64,000 nucleotides of DNA from Gammaproteobacteria bacterium (GCA_002746155.1 NVWF01000014.1:1925-65924), one strand, 5' to 3'; shown: positions 22,295 through 31,840, counted from the first letter of the stretch. Made by a program: numbers and translations. Notes: a model not told the origin generated them from the letters alone.

Positions 22295-23575
22295 CTATTT
22301 CCACAAATAGAGGTTGAATAGTTTTTTGCCTCTTTTGATCAGACTGTATTGACCAAAAAGGGCTTCTTCTTTGGTTAATATCACCGATACATCGGTCAAT
22401 TTTTCACCATTCACTGACACAGCGCCATTACTAATAAACTCTCGAGCCAAACGATTTGATGAGGCTAATTCAGATTGGGTCAACAGGTCTAGGAGAGATG
22501 CACTGGTTGTTTCAACCTCTGAACAAGGTAGGCCATCTAGGGCTAACTGAGCAAGATCAGATTCATTTAAAGCAGATAAATCACCTGAGAATAACGCCTT
22601 GGTTATCCTTTGTGCTGAAATCAGACCTTGCTCACCATGCACTAGTCGAGTTACTTCTCTCGCAAGAATTGCTTGGCCTTCAGGTCTGCCTTGAATGGTT
22701 TTATCCTTTTCTTCAATTACAACTATCTGCTCAACGCTCAAGAAGGTGAAGAAGCGCAGATAGTTATACACATCAGCATCGGATGAATTCATCCAAAATT
22801 GGAAAAAAGCATAGGGAGATGTTTTGTTCGCATCTAACCAAATAGTACCTGATTCGGTTTTACCAAACTTAGTACCATCTGATTTAGTCACAAGAGGTAG
22901 GGTTAGACCATAGACTTTAGCTTGATTCATACGACGGCTAAGATCAACTCCTGAGGTGATGTTACCCCATTGATCTGATCCACCAATTTGAAGGGTGCAA
23001 TTTTTAGCTTTGTTTAGCGCAACAAAGTCATAGGACTGAAGTAACATATAGCTAAATTCAGTAAAGGATATTCCACTACCTTGCCGTTGAATTCTTTGTT
23101 TAACTGACTCTTTCTGGATCATGGCATTAACGCTAAAGTGCTTGCCCACATCACGCATAAAACTGATCACATCCATCTTCTGTGTCCAGTCAAGGTTGTT
23201 TACCACCTCTGCGCCCGTTTCAGAATCATCAAATTGAATAAAGGCACTAACTTGGGATTTGATTTTTTCAATCCAACTCGCCACCACTTCAGCAGTATTG
23301 AGCTGTCGCTCTGCAGCTTTAAAACTCGGATCACCAATTAAACCAGTTGCCCCGCCAACTAAAGCTAGGGGTTTATGGCCAGCTAGTTGAAAACGTTTAA
23401 GCACAAGCAAAGGTACTAGGCTACCTATGTGCAAACTATCAGCCGTTGGGTCAAAGCCGCAATAAAGAGTACGACAACCGGTTGTAAGGTGCTCAGCGAG
23501 TTCTTCATCTGATGTACACTGGGCTATAAGTCCCCGAGCGTTTAAATCTTCTAATAATTCGTTTGTAACTGTCAT
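22295..23575 (-). CDS. tyrS: Tyrosine--tRNA ligase
   Basis: HIGS (HIGH-type) motif, KFGKT (KMSKS-type) motif and a C-terminal S4-like domain. 426 aa. Confidence 0.95.
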   Translation of the reverse strand: MTVTNELLEDLNARGLIAQCTSDEELAEHLTTGCRTLYCGFDPTADSLHIGSLVPLLVLKRFQLAGHKPLALVGGATGLIGDPSFKAAERQLNTAEVVASWIEKIKSQVSAFIQFDDSETGAEVVNNLDWTQKMDVISFMRDVGKHFSVNAMIQKESVKQRIQRQGSGISFTEFSYMLLQSYDFVALNKAKNCTLQIGGSDQWGNITSGVDLSRRMNQAKVYGLTLPLVTKSDGTKFGKTESGTIWLDANKTSPYAFFQFWMNSSDADVYNYLRFFTFLSVEQIVVIEEKDKTIQGRPEGQAILAREVTRLVHGEQGLISAQRITKALFSGDLSALNESDLAQLALDGLPCSEVETTSASLLDLLTQSELASSNRLAREFISNGAVSVNGEKLTDVSVILTKEEALFGQYSLIKRGKKLFNLYLWK

Positions 23576-23649
23576 GGATGAAACCTAGTTTAATGACCTT
23601 AAAAAGTAGCACCGATTTTACACAGTTAGCTGTCTGACCACCAACTTAA

Positions 23650-24290
23650 TCTCTCTTGTGCCAGTTTTAAAAAGTACTGCCACCTGAATTCACTTCACAT
23701 GGTCAGTGCATGGAGTTGTGGAAATGGATTAGTACTCGGTCAACACAAGGTGGATAATAAATCTAATGAAATTACAGCTATTCCAAAGCTTTTAGAGTTG
23801 TTAGACGTTAAAGGTTGCGAATTAACGATGGACGCCATGGGCGTGCCAACATAAAATCACCAGTCAAATAATTGAAAAAGAAGTCGACTATGTCATCTCT
23901 CTCAAAGGAAACTAGGGAGTTTTAAACAAAGAGGTTCAAGCATGGTTTCAAAAAAGCTGGCGAGAAAAATATCAAGGTATTGAACACTCAACCTATGAAC
24001 AAGCAGATGCAGGGCATGGTCGAATAGAAATTAGAAAGTGTCTGCAATTGGAAATAAACACCAACTGGCTGATAAATGAAGAAAATTGGTCAAGCATTAA
24101 AGCCGTTATCAGTCTTGAGGCCACACGCATTCGGCGGGGCAATGACGCAGAGGTCATGAATACATTTAGAAAGCTGGCTTTAAATATTGTGAGAAACGAT
24201 AATACTCGCAAAGCCAGTATGAAACGTAAACTGAAGATGGCGACACTGGACGATGATTTTAGAGCTGAGTTACTTTTGGGAGAAAGCTAA
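23650..24290 (+). pseudogene. Degraded ISAs1-family (H-repeat-type) transposase remnant
   Basis: Translated pieces are HMVSAWSCGNGLVLGQHKVDNKSNEITAIPKLLELLDVKGCELTMDAMG, then a frameshift, then ...VDYVISLKGN*(tag) GVLNKEV..., then ADAGHGRIEIRKC, then ...RRGNDAEVMNTFRKLALNIV...KASMKRKLKMATLDDDF. It is 5'-truncated and has a frameshift, an in-frame stop and an internal deletion. Confidence 0.8.
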
Positions 24291-24428
24291 ATGCTCTTGC
24301 CCTGAGCTAACGGCTATTCCTCTAGCTGCCAGTAATTCCTCGATATCTCGAAAACTGAGAGTGAATCGGAAATATAGCCAGACTGTGTGACTTAGTTGGC
24401 CAATATAAAAAGAGATGTTTTGTTTAAT
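24291..24428 (-). mobile_element. IS6-family transposase N-terminal fragment (copy 1)
   Basis: The minus strand translates to IKQNISFYIGQLSHTVWLYFRFTLSFRDIEELLAARGIAVS. This matches the IS26-type N-terminal HTH (..VRWY.....ISYRELQEMLAERGVNV..). It is truncated against the ISAs1 remnant. Confidence 0.7.
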
Positions 24429-24571
24429 CAAAGGGATCAGCGTAATTGAAATCTGACCCTCCTGATATTTGACATTAAATTATCTTGTGCGCGGCTAGTT
24501 GACCATTATCAATGCAACACGTCGTTGTGAACGCAAACATCAACAACAGTCCGACTGCACAGCAACAACTA

Positions 24572-26983
24572 TTATCGAGACAAGAACACGCGTTGACCAT
24601 TGATCAAATCTACCGCCACGACTGCTCCTACTGCGTCATCGATGACCAACGCGCGGTTGTTAACGCTGTCGAGCACCAGGTCACGAACGCGACCAAATTT
24701 ATTGACCGTATCGAGTGTATTACTCGAAATAATTGTACGCTCGCCACTCGTCAGATCCACCGCGAATAAGGCGTTAAAGCCATCGTCTACGATCAGCACG
24801 CGATTGTTGGCAACGTCGATTATCATGCCACGAAGACGACTAAAGACGTTATCTGAATTCGGGGTGTTATTGTCCGAAAGTATTGTGCGCTCGCCGCTCG
24901 TCATGTCTACCGCGAATAAGGTAGCAAGACTGGCGTCGGTTACCAGCCCGCGATTGTTGGTACTGTCTAGTGCTATGCCCCAAGGCTGATCAAGCGCATT
25001 GATTACATCTGGAGTGCTGTTGTCCGAAAATATGGTACGCGCACCGCTGGTCAAATCCACTGCTACTATGGCGCTAAGGGAGGTATCGGTAACCAGTACG
25101 CGGTTGTTAGCGCTGTCGAGTACCAAACCTTGAGGAGAATTAAACGCATTGACCGCATCTGGTGTGTTGCTGTTCGAGATGATAGTGCGTGCGCCGTTGG
25201 ATAAATCTACCGCCACTAACGCATCACGGTTGACATCGACAACCAAGGCGCGGTTATTGGCGCTATCGAGTACGACGCCTTGAGGATTGCTAAACGGATT
25301 GGTTGGACCTGGTGTGCTGCTATTCGAAATTATGGTGCGTAATCCGCTAGATAGATCGACCGCCACTAGAGCGTCAATACTCGCGTCGGTGACTAGCACA
25401 CGGTTGTTCGTACTGTCGAGTGCTGCTCCCTGCGGAAAACCAAAATTATTTAGCCCATCCGGAGTGCTATTGTTCGATATTAAGGTACGCGCACCACTAG
25501 CCAGATCAACCGCCATTAATGCGCCAAGGCCTCTGTCGGTGATCAATGCGCGGTTGTTGCCACTGTCGAGTGTTAATCTCGAAGTTCCGCTAAACGGATT
25601 AACAGCATCCGGAGTGGTATTGTCTGATAGTGTCGTGCGTGTACCGCTGGTTAAGTCTACCGCCAATAGGCCTAGATTGCGATCGGTGACCAGCGTACGG
25701 TTGTTAGCACTGTCGACTATAATGTCTTCTAGAAAAGTAAGCCCATCAGCAGAATCACCGCTGTTCGAGAGAAAGCTGCGCGCACCGCTAGACAGATCCA
25801 CGGCAATTATTGCGTCAATCTGACTGGAGGTGACCAGTGCGCGGTTATTGGTGCTGTCGAGTGCTACGCCTTGGGGAATACTAAACGCATTGAGCCCATC
25901 AGGGATGCTATTGCTCGATATTATTGTGCGCGAACCAGTAGCCAGATCCACTGCCACTAGGGCGTTGAGGGAAAAATCGACGACCAACGCGCGGTTGTTA
26001 GCGCTATCTAGCTTTACGCCAAAAGGAAAGCTAAACGCATTGAGTCCATCTGGGACGTTATTGTTCGATATTACTGTGCGCGCACCGCTAGTCAAGTCAA
26101 CTGCCATTAAAGTTCTAAGGCTAGAATCAGTAACCAATGCACGATTGTTGGCGCTGTCGAGTGCGATGCCTTGAGGAGAATTAAACGCATTGACCGCATC
26201 CGGTATACTGCGGTTTGAAATTATGGTACGTAAACCGCTAGTCAGATCCACTGCCACAACGGCAAGATGTCCACGGTCAACAAACAACGCACGGTTGTTG
26301 GCATTGTCAAGCACTACGCCTTGAGGGTTTATGAAAGCGGGTCCGTAAGCATTTATTTGCACACTGGCCGCCGCTGGGTTGGTATTTTGGGCTACATCCG
26401 TCGTTTCCACAGTGAGGGTGTTAGCACCGGGGATTAAAACGACTGTGACTTGCCAGGTCGCAAAATTGTCGGTGCTGCTGGCGTCAATACCATTCACACG
26501 CACCTGAGTAATCTCATCCGTATCGGTTGCCGTACCACGTACGATGATACTGTTACCCTCAGTAGCAGAAACTGAAGGGGGAAAAGTAATGCTTGCAATC
26601 GGAGGGATCCCCGTACAACTCACCAAAACATCGGTAATATCGCTTGCCGACACCGTACCACTAGAGCTACTCACTGTACAAATTTGATCAGCAGGTTGAG
26701 TCAGCACAGTAACTTCGTAGGCCAAACCGCTATTAACTGGGCTGGCAAAAGTGAAGCTGGCGTCAGCCGACAAAGTGAGATCGTCACCGCCATTTTGCTG
26801 CAAAACCACACTGTCAGCACTAAGGCCAGTGAGTGTCCCACCGATGTTGAAAGTTGCTAGGGGTGGCGGAGAAGGTGGTGGTGGTGCAGAATCACTGCCG
26901 CCACCGCAGGCGTTCAAAAACAAACTCAAAAGGAAACAAATAATAACGAAATTGATTTTTTTTTGGTGAAATAATTTAAACAT
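24572..26983 (-). CDS. Lipoprotein with Ig-like N-terminal domains and 12 tandem ~50-aa NHL/YVTN-like beta-propeller repeats
   Basis: Signal peptide with lipobox LFLNAC/GGG followed by a Pro-rich linker. There are 12 copies of the unit P.G..LDSaNNRaLVtD...aL.AVDL.SG.RT.iSn...PD..N.F. G+C is visibly higher than in neighbouring genes. Confidence 0.85.
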   Translation of the reverse strand: MFKLFHQKKINFVIICFLLSLFLNACGGGSDSAPPPPSPPPLATFNIGGTLTGLSADSVVLQQNGGDDLTLSADASFTFASPVNSGLAYEVTVLTQPADQICTVSSSSGTVSASDITDVLVSCTGIPPIASITFPPSVSATEGNSIIVRGTATDTDEITQVRVNGIDASSTDNFATWQVTVVLIPGANTLTVETTDVAQNTNPAAASVQINAYGPAFINPQGVVLDNANNRALFVDRGHLAVVAVDLTSGLRTIISNRSIPDAVNAFNSPQGIALDSANNRALVTDSSLRTLMAVDLTSGARTVISNNNVPDGLNAFSFPFGVKLDSANNRALVVDFSLNALVAVDLATGSRTIISSNSIPDGLNAFSIPQGVALDSTNNRALVTSSQIDAIIAVDLSSGARSFLSNSGDSADGLTFLEDIIVDSANNRTLVTDRNLGLLAVDLTSGTRTTLSDNTTPDAVNPFSGTSRLTLDSGNNRALITDRGLGALMAVDLASGARTLISNNSTPDGLNNFGFPQGAALDSTNNRVLVTDASIDALVAVDLSSGLRTIISNSSTPGPTNPFSNPQGVVLDSANNRALVVDVNRDALVAVDLSNGARTIISNSNTPDAVNAFNSPQGLVLDSANNRVLVTDTSLSAIVAVDLTSGARTIFSDNSTPDVINALDQPWGIALDSTNNRGLVTDASLATLFAVDMTSGERTILSDNNTPNSDNVFSRLRGMIIDVANNRVLIVDDGFNALFAVDLTSGERTIISSNTLDTVNKFGRVRDLVLDSVNNRALVIDDAVGAVVAVDLINGQRVFLSR

Positions 26984-26989
26984 AATACA

Positions 26990-27135
26990 CTCCTGCGATG
27001 GTGTTCTTTATATTGACAGCTCTTAAGATCAGATCTTAACTTGGAATCAGATCATTTGATGTTGCAAAATATGGCCAATAGTTTGACTTTACCAGCCAAT
27101 TTAAAAAGAAGGGTCTTGTTTTAGTTGCAATGAAT
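26990..27135 (-). mobile_element. IS6-family transposase 5' fragment (copy 2, heavily decayed)
   Basis: 27041-27135 aligns at roughly three-quarters identity by eye with 24361-24430 (aaatatGGCCAatagtTTGACTT..CCAATtTAAAAAGA..TTGTTTTA). The translation keeps traces of W.YF...S..I....L..R but contains stops. Confidence 0.5.
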
Positions 27136-27194
27136 TAATGGAAAGCCATATAGTTTTGAGCTTATCGAAGGTCTACAGAAATTTTCCAGGGAGA

Positions 27195-30100
27195 TTAAGC
27201 TAGCGTTTTATCGACTGCAGATGGCGGTTTTCCATAGAAAGCTTTGAAGCTACGTGAAAAATAAGCGAGGCTCTCAAAACCCATCGCATAGGCAACTTCA
27301 CTAACATTATGATTATTTTTGGTTAACAGATTTAATGCCTTTTCCATTCTTACTTCGGTAATAAAATTACCAACTGATTGGTTTAGTTCCTGCTGACATT
27401 TCCTATCGAGTGAGCGCCTACTTAGCGCCAAAATGCTAGCAAGGTGGTTAATTGAAAAATTAGGTTGAGTGATTTGATTCAATATTTCGGCTCGGAGGTT
27501 TTCTCTAAACGATTGATTTTTATTTTCAGCCGTTTTTATCTTTGAAAATTCAGCTTCAATCTTTTTGCGCAGTTTTTTACGGCCATTAATTAAACCGGCG
27601 ACTCGCACAATAAGCTCGGAAGTATCAAAGGGCTTCGTTAAATAATCGTCAGCACCAGTTTGTAGCCCTTCTACGGTTTCCCGTTTGCTTGATTTAGCGG
27701 TTAGCAGAATAATGGGGATGGTACTGGTATCTGGGTTGAGTTTTAGTTCTCTTGTCATATCCATGCCATTTTTGATTGGCATCATCACGTCGGAAATGAT
27801 CAAATCAGGTAGATCTTGCTTTGCTCTTGCCAATCCTTCTTGACCATTGCTCGCTTGAATGATTCGATAATAGCTGGATAATCTTAATGCAATAAAATGC
27901 CGTAGTTCACTGTTATCATCAACCACTAACAAGGTCGTAACGTCATTTTCTTGATGATCGGGGTTTTCCTTAAAGTCTGGCACATTAATCATTAGTTTCG
28001 GTGGTAATGCCATTGGTTTATGAATCAAGTCGGGTGTTTCGTTTTGCTGTTGGGTAGTTAATCTACCGGCATTTTCAATCGATATAGTTTGCTCAATACT
28101 ATCAGATTGAGTGGCTTGCTTAAAATGCGCTTCCCCACGCTTCAGCCACAAGATGAAAGCACAACCTACGCCCGGTTGGTTGATTAATTCGACATGCCCA
28201 TGATGCAAAGCCATTAACTCTTTCACCAAAGAAAGCCCTATGCCGGTTCCAGGCTCGGTAATTTGTTCCGATTGTTTGTCTTGATAAAACCGCTCAAAAA
28301 TTTTAGCCTCAGCATGCTGATTAATGCCCAGTCCATTGTCAGAGACTTTAATTCCTACGTTCTCATTAAGCTCATCCTTGGTTAGGCTGACACTAATTTG
28401 GCTACCATCTCCACTGTATTTAATCGCATTGGATATGAGATTACTAATACACTTTTCTAACTGATCTTGATCGCAAAATATCATCGTTGGATCGTTAATA
28501 TTATCAGAGCAAAGTTCTTGCTGATGCTGCTCTGCCCAAGGGTTAAGTCTGCCGATTATTTGATTGATGAGATTGGCAATGTCATATTCGGCAATATTTA
28601 ATGGAAATTGCCCCGATTCAAGCCGATTGATATCAAGCACTTGACCAATCAATTCTAATAATTTTTGAGAATTTCTCAGTGCTGCTTCTACTGGAAAACT
28701 AATACTCTGGTCAAGCTGAGGGTGACTCCTTAGCAAGTCTTGCAAGGGCATTATGGTGAGTGTCAACGGCGTACGAAATTCATGAGAAACATTAGAAAAA
28801 AAGCGATCCTTGAGAATATGTTGTTGTTTCAGTTCCTCTGCTTGAGCTTGCACTTTTACAGTGCGTTCATTCACCTGCGCTTCGAGCAACAAATTTTGCT
28901 CTTTTAGTTTAGCGGTACGTATACGTTGGGTAAACCATGCGCTAAAAGCTAACATGACTACTAAGCCCAAGATGTAAAAGCCGATAGCGAGTTTGCTCAA
29001 ATACCATGGTGGAATGATATAAATGATTCGGTTATCGGCAGTGTACACCTGATTTTGTGGATCTTTAGCTTGCATTTGTATTTCATAATGCCCACCATTT
29101 AATTGGCCTAGGTCAACGAACGTCTCATGACTCCATGAGTTCCAAGGTTGTTCATTGATACGATAACGAAATTGATTATCCTTGCGTTGCAGGTAATTAC
29201 TAAGCGCGAAGAATAAACGTATTGATGTGTTCTCAAAATGGCTCTCTATGACTTGTTGGCTCTGACCAAACAGGTTTAAGGCGAGTGGGCTGTTAGTAGT
29301 TTTATTATAAGTTTCACTAATATTGGCACGTATTTTTAGCGGATGATGTGCTTTCAAACTATCCTCAACTGGATTATATCGGACCGCTCCCTTATCAAAT
29401 CCTAACCAGGTTATTTCACCTTCGCTATAAATAGTGCGCAGGTTATCCATACCAGTAGCAGCACTCACATAATTATGCCACTGCTCAACCTTACCGTCTT
29501 TTAAACGAACAAATCCGGTATCGGTTGAACTTGAAAGCCAGATCCTCTGTTGTTCATCACGATGTAAAAAGCTGGGTGACTCAGCATCATCGCCAAAATA
29601 ATCATAAAACCATGACACCCTGCCAGCAGTTTGACTTTTATTATCATCCCAACGAAAGAGGCCATCTTCTTTACTAATGAGAAGTTGACCATCTAAGATC
29701 AGTGGAACATTGAGTGCTTCAATAAAATTTATTTTCGAAATTTGCCACTCATTTTTTTGTTTACGGATTTTGACTAGTTGATTATCGCCATTTGTCAGCC
29801 AAATTTGCCCACTACCATCCTCAACCATTTTGGAGTCAACCCTGTGTTCTACTAATAATTGAGCTGGTGTAGACCAGTTTGTTCCGTTCCATTCGGATAA
29901 TAATATCCCCGTGCCAGTGGCGATAAATAGTAAATTGGGATCAAGTTTACTGAGTAAAAAATCGTTACATTTTGCCGTTTTAAGCAGCGTTTTTACCTGT
30001 TTTCTAATAGGATCGTAAATTTGGCATTGAGTGGAGCCGGCCAAGAGCAATTTTCCATGCACACTAATGATATCTTTGCCTGAAGTATTAACGTCATCTA

Positions 30101-31247
30101 AAAGCGTAGTCTTGCCAGATTGGCTAATACTCATGAAACCGGAAATCGCCGCAAAATAAAGCTTTCCTTGATGACGAGTGATTTTATGCACCCCAAAAAC
30201 ATCCTTTTTGCCTGAGGCGAATACAGATAACTCAAAGGGCAATTGAACACGACTGACTTGAGCCTGATGGGATAACCATAGTCCTTGTTGTTGATCCAGA
30301 AAAAGGTTGAGTGTTGTGCCAGCAGGTAATCCATTTTCTTTATTCAGGTGATAAATCAATTGACCCGCGTGATCAACAAAAATCACCCCATTTCTAAGAG
30401 TAGATATAGCGATTATTTTTTCATTGATATGGATACTATTATAAGGAAGGTAACTGGCTTCCGGTCGATTAGCATCGATCCAAGGGATGAGTTGATCATT
30501 GCGCCATAAAAACACCCCTTGTTCCATACTGCCTATTAGGAAATCCTGACCTAAGCTTTGCACAAATCCTATACGCCCCAACCCTTCTTTAGGCAAGACA
30601 TCAACAGGTTGTATTTGGTTATTTTTGAGATAAATTAAGCCATCACCATCAGTGGCGAATAACCTATCACCCGCAAGCCAAGCGCGGCGAAAATGATGTT
30701 CAGGTGAATAAATTTGGAGTCCCAGTTGCGGGTGATAGGCCATGATTTGCTCGGCAGAAATGAAATAAATACAATCTTCAAATTGGAATACATTTCTAAT
30801 TGAGCCAAAGGCTCGTTTTTCAATGGGTATTTCAGACAATAAGGATTGGTATTTTAGTTCACCTTGAGCGTGTGTAGTGTAATAGCCTAGGTCACCTTTG
30901 AGGCCAACATAAATACGTTCATCAAGTATAGTGAATTGGTTAATATGCCCTGATCCAGATTGAGGGTGTTTACGCCATTTCGACCCATCAAAACTATACA
31001 AACCATGGCTATTTGCGAGAAACATTGTCCCATTAGGGTGTTGTTCCATATACCAATTGTTATCACTGCCATCAAACTCGGCAGGGTCAAATACCTCAAT
31101 AATTGCGTTACCTAATTCTTGGTTGGAATGTGTATCTGATGTCCACTGAACTGACCAAGCGTTTTGGGTAAGAATTAGCAAACTCAAACAGATACAGCGT
31201 AAGAACACTTTAACAACCATCAATAATCTCGTGCAGTGGCTTATCAT
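27195..31247 (-). CDS. Hybrid two-component system protein: periplasmic propeller/Y_Y_Y sensor, histidine kinase, receiver and AraC-type HTH
   Basis: Signal/TM, about 700 aa of periplasmic sensor ending in a Y_Y_Y-like segment (FRYRINEQPWNSW...GGHYEIQMQAKD), then a TM. H-box SHEFRTPLT, an HATPase region (DNGLGI, GTGIGL), a receiver (LLVVDDN...ISDVMMP...LTAK) and a C-terminal AraC HTH (AYAMGFESLAYFSRSFKAFYGKPPS). The likely true start is Met-10 at 31220. Confidence 0.9.
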   Translation of the reverse strand: MISHCTRLLMVVKVFLRCICLSLLILTQNAWSVQWTSDTHSNQELGNAIIEVFDPAEFDGSDNNWYMEQHPNGTMFLANSHGLYSFDGSKWRKHPQSGSGHINQFTILDERIYVGLKGDLGYYTTHAQGELKYQSLLSEIPIEKRAFGSIRNVFQFEDCIYFISAEQIMAYHPQLGLQIYSPEHHFRRAWLAGDRLFATDGDGLIYLKNNQIQPVDVLPKEGLGRIGFVQSLGQDFLIGSMEQGVFLWRNDQLIPWIDANRPEASYLPYNSIHINEKIIAISTLRNGVIFVDHAGQLIYHLNKENGLPAGTTLNLFLDQQQGLWLSHQAQVSRVQLPFELSVFASGKKDVFGVHKITRHQGKLYFAAISGFMSISQSGKTTLLDDVNTSGKDIISVHGKLLLAGSTQCQIYDPIRKQVKTLLKTAKCNDFLLSKLDPNLLFIATGTGILLSEWNGTNWSTPAQLLVEHRVDSKMVEDGSGQIWLTNGDNQLVKIRKQKNEWQISKINFIEALNVPLILDGQLLISKEDGLFRWDDNKSQTAGRVSWFYDYFGDDAESPSFLHRDEQQRIWLSSSTDTGFVRLKDGKVEQWHNYVSAATGMDNLRTIYSEGEITWLGFDKGAVRYNPVEDSLKAHHPLKIRANISETYNKTTNSPLALNLFGQSQQVIESHFENTSIRLFFALSNYLQRKDNQFRYRINEQPWNSWSHETFVDLGQLNGGHYEIQMQAKDPQNQVYTADNRIIYIIPPWYLSKLAIGFYILGLVVMLAFSAWFTQRIRTAKLKEQNLLLEAQVNERTVKVQAQAEELKQQHILKDRFFSNVSHEFRTPLTLTIMPLQDLLRSHPQLDQSISFPVEAALRNSQKLLELIGQVLDINRLESGQFPLNIAEYDIANLINQIIGRLNPWAEQHQQELCSDNINDPTMIFCDQDQLEKCISNLISNAIKYSGDGSQISVSLTKDELNENVGIKVSDNGLGINQHAEAKIFERFYQDKQSEQITEPGTGIGLSLVKELMALHHGHVELINQPGVGCAFILWLKRGEAHFKQATQSDSIEQTISIENAGRLTTQQQNETPDLIHKPMALPPKLMINVPDFKENPDHQENDVTTLLVVDDNSELRHFIALRLSSYYRIIQASNGQEGLARAKQDLPDLIISDVMMPIKNGMDMTRELKLNPDTSTIPIILLTAKSSKRETVEGLQTGADDYLTKPFDTSELIVRVAGLINGRKKLRKKIEAEFSKIKTAENKNQSFRENLRAEILNQITQPNFSINHLASILALSRRSLDRKCQQELNQSVGNFITEVRMEKALNLLTKNNHNVSEVAYAMGFESLAYFSRSFKAFYGKPPSAVDKTLA

Positions 31248-31364
31248 CCATCAAAGCTATTTTACACTTACGTTTCATGCTGGCTTTCTCGTTGTGTTTT
31301 TCTTCAATAAGCTGAGTGCTAACCGACGGAGCAGGCTCACCACTTCGCACAATTTCCTTTTCAA
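31210..31364 (-). pseudogene. Second ISAs1-family transposase C-terminal remnant, inverted relative to the first
   Basis: The minus strand translates to ...LIEEKHNEKASMKRKCKIALMDDKPLHEIIDGC*. This parallels ...NIVRNDNTRKASMKRKLKMATLDDDFRAELL at 24180-24290. It abuts and overlaps the start of the hybrid sensor gene. Confidence 0.6.
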
Positions 31365-31537
31365 ATTACAGACTCGTATTCCCTAAAGTTAACGTCTAGT
31401 ACCGATGATGGGATAACACCTTGGTGCATTTTAAACTATACCATAAATCGGTGCTGTCAACTTATCAAAATTAGTCATAACAATATACCAAAATTCTATC
31501 TTACATCAAATTCTGGGCACAGCTAACCCTATCCATT

Positions 31538-31608
31538 CAACAAATGAGCGCACTTCCAAATCGTTGGATCAATGTCACTGCACCCGTTTGAGCTGAGGCA
31601 GACAGAGG
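31538..31608 (-). pseudogene. IS91-family (rolling-circle) transposase fragment
   Basis: The minus strand translates to PLSASAQTGAVTLIQRFGSALIC*. GAVT.IQRFGSALN is a conserved IS91-family block as I recall it. Only about 23 codons remain. Confidence 0.4.
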
Positions 31609-31683
31609 TGAGTTTGTTAACTACAGCCTTAATGGCTTAATGGTTTGATGGCTTAATTAAAGAAATGGATGCAGAAAGTGATC

Positions 31684-31840
31684 AAGTTCAGTAATGGATA
31701 TTCCACTACCTTCCCGTTGAATTCTTTGTTTAACTGACTCTTTCTGGATCATGGTATTAACAAGAATCATCAAATACAATAAACGTACTTACTTGAGATT
31801 TGAGTTTTTCAATCCAACTCACCACGCTTGTGTCAATTAT
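31684..31840 (-). pseudogene. Decayed duplicate of an internal tyrS segment
   Basis: 31684-31760 matches tyrS 23054-23131 with about 4 mismatches. 31761-31840 matches tyrS 23221-23300 at lower identity. The intervening ~89 bp of tyrS is absent. Orientation is the same as the intact gene. Confidence 0.85.

Noticed and set aside
24512-26174. Long plus-strand ORFs (24512..24769, 24600..24989, 25287..25823, 25830..26174) opposite the lipoprotein gene
   Set aside because: They are antisense shadows of a higher-GC, internally repetitive gene. Their products are low-complexity S/R/L-rich strings. The minus-strand frame is continuous over 803 codons with a lipobox and coherent repeats.
24700-26350. 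Regular ~150-bp periodic DNA repeats that could be mistaken for a CRISPR-like or satellite array
   Set aside because: The period equals the 50-aa protein repeat, the units are contiguous with no unique spacers, all lie in one open reading frame, and no cas genes are present.
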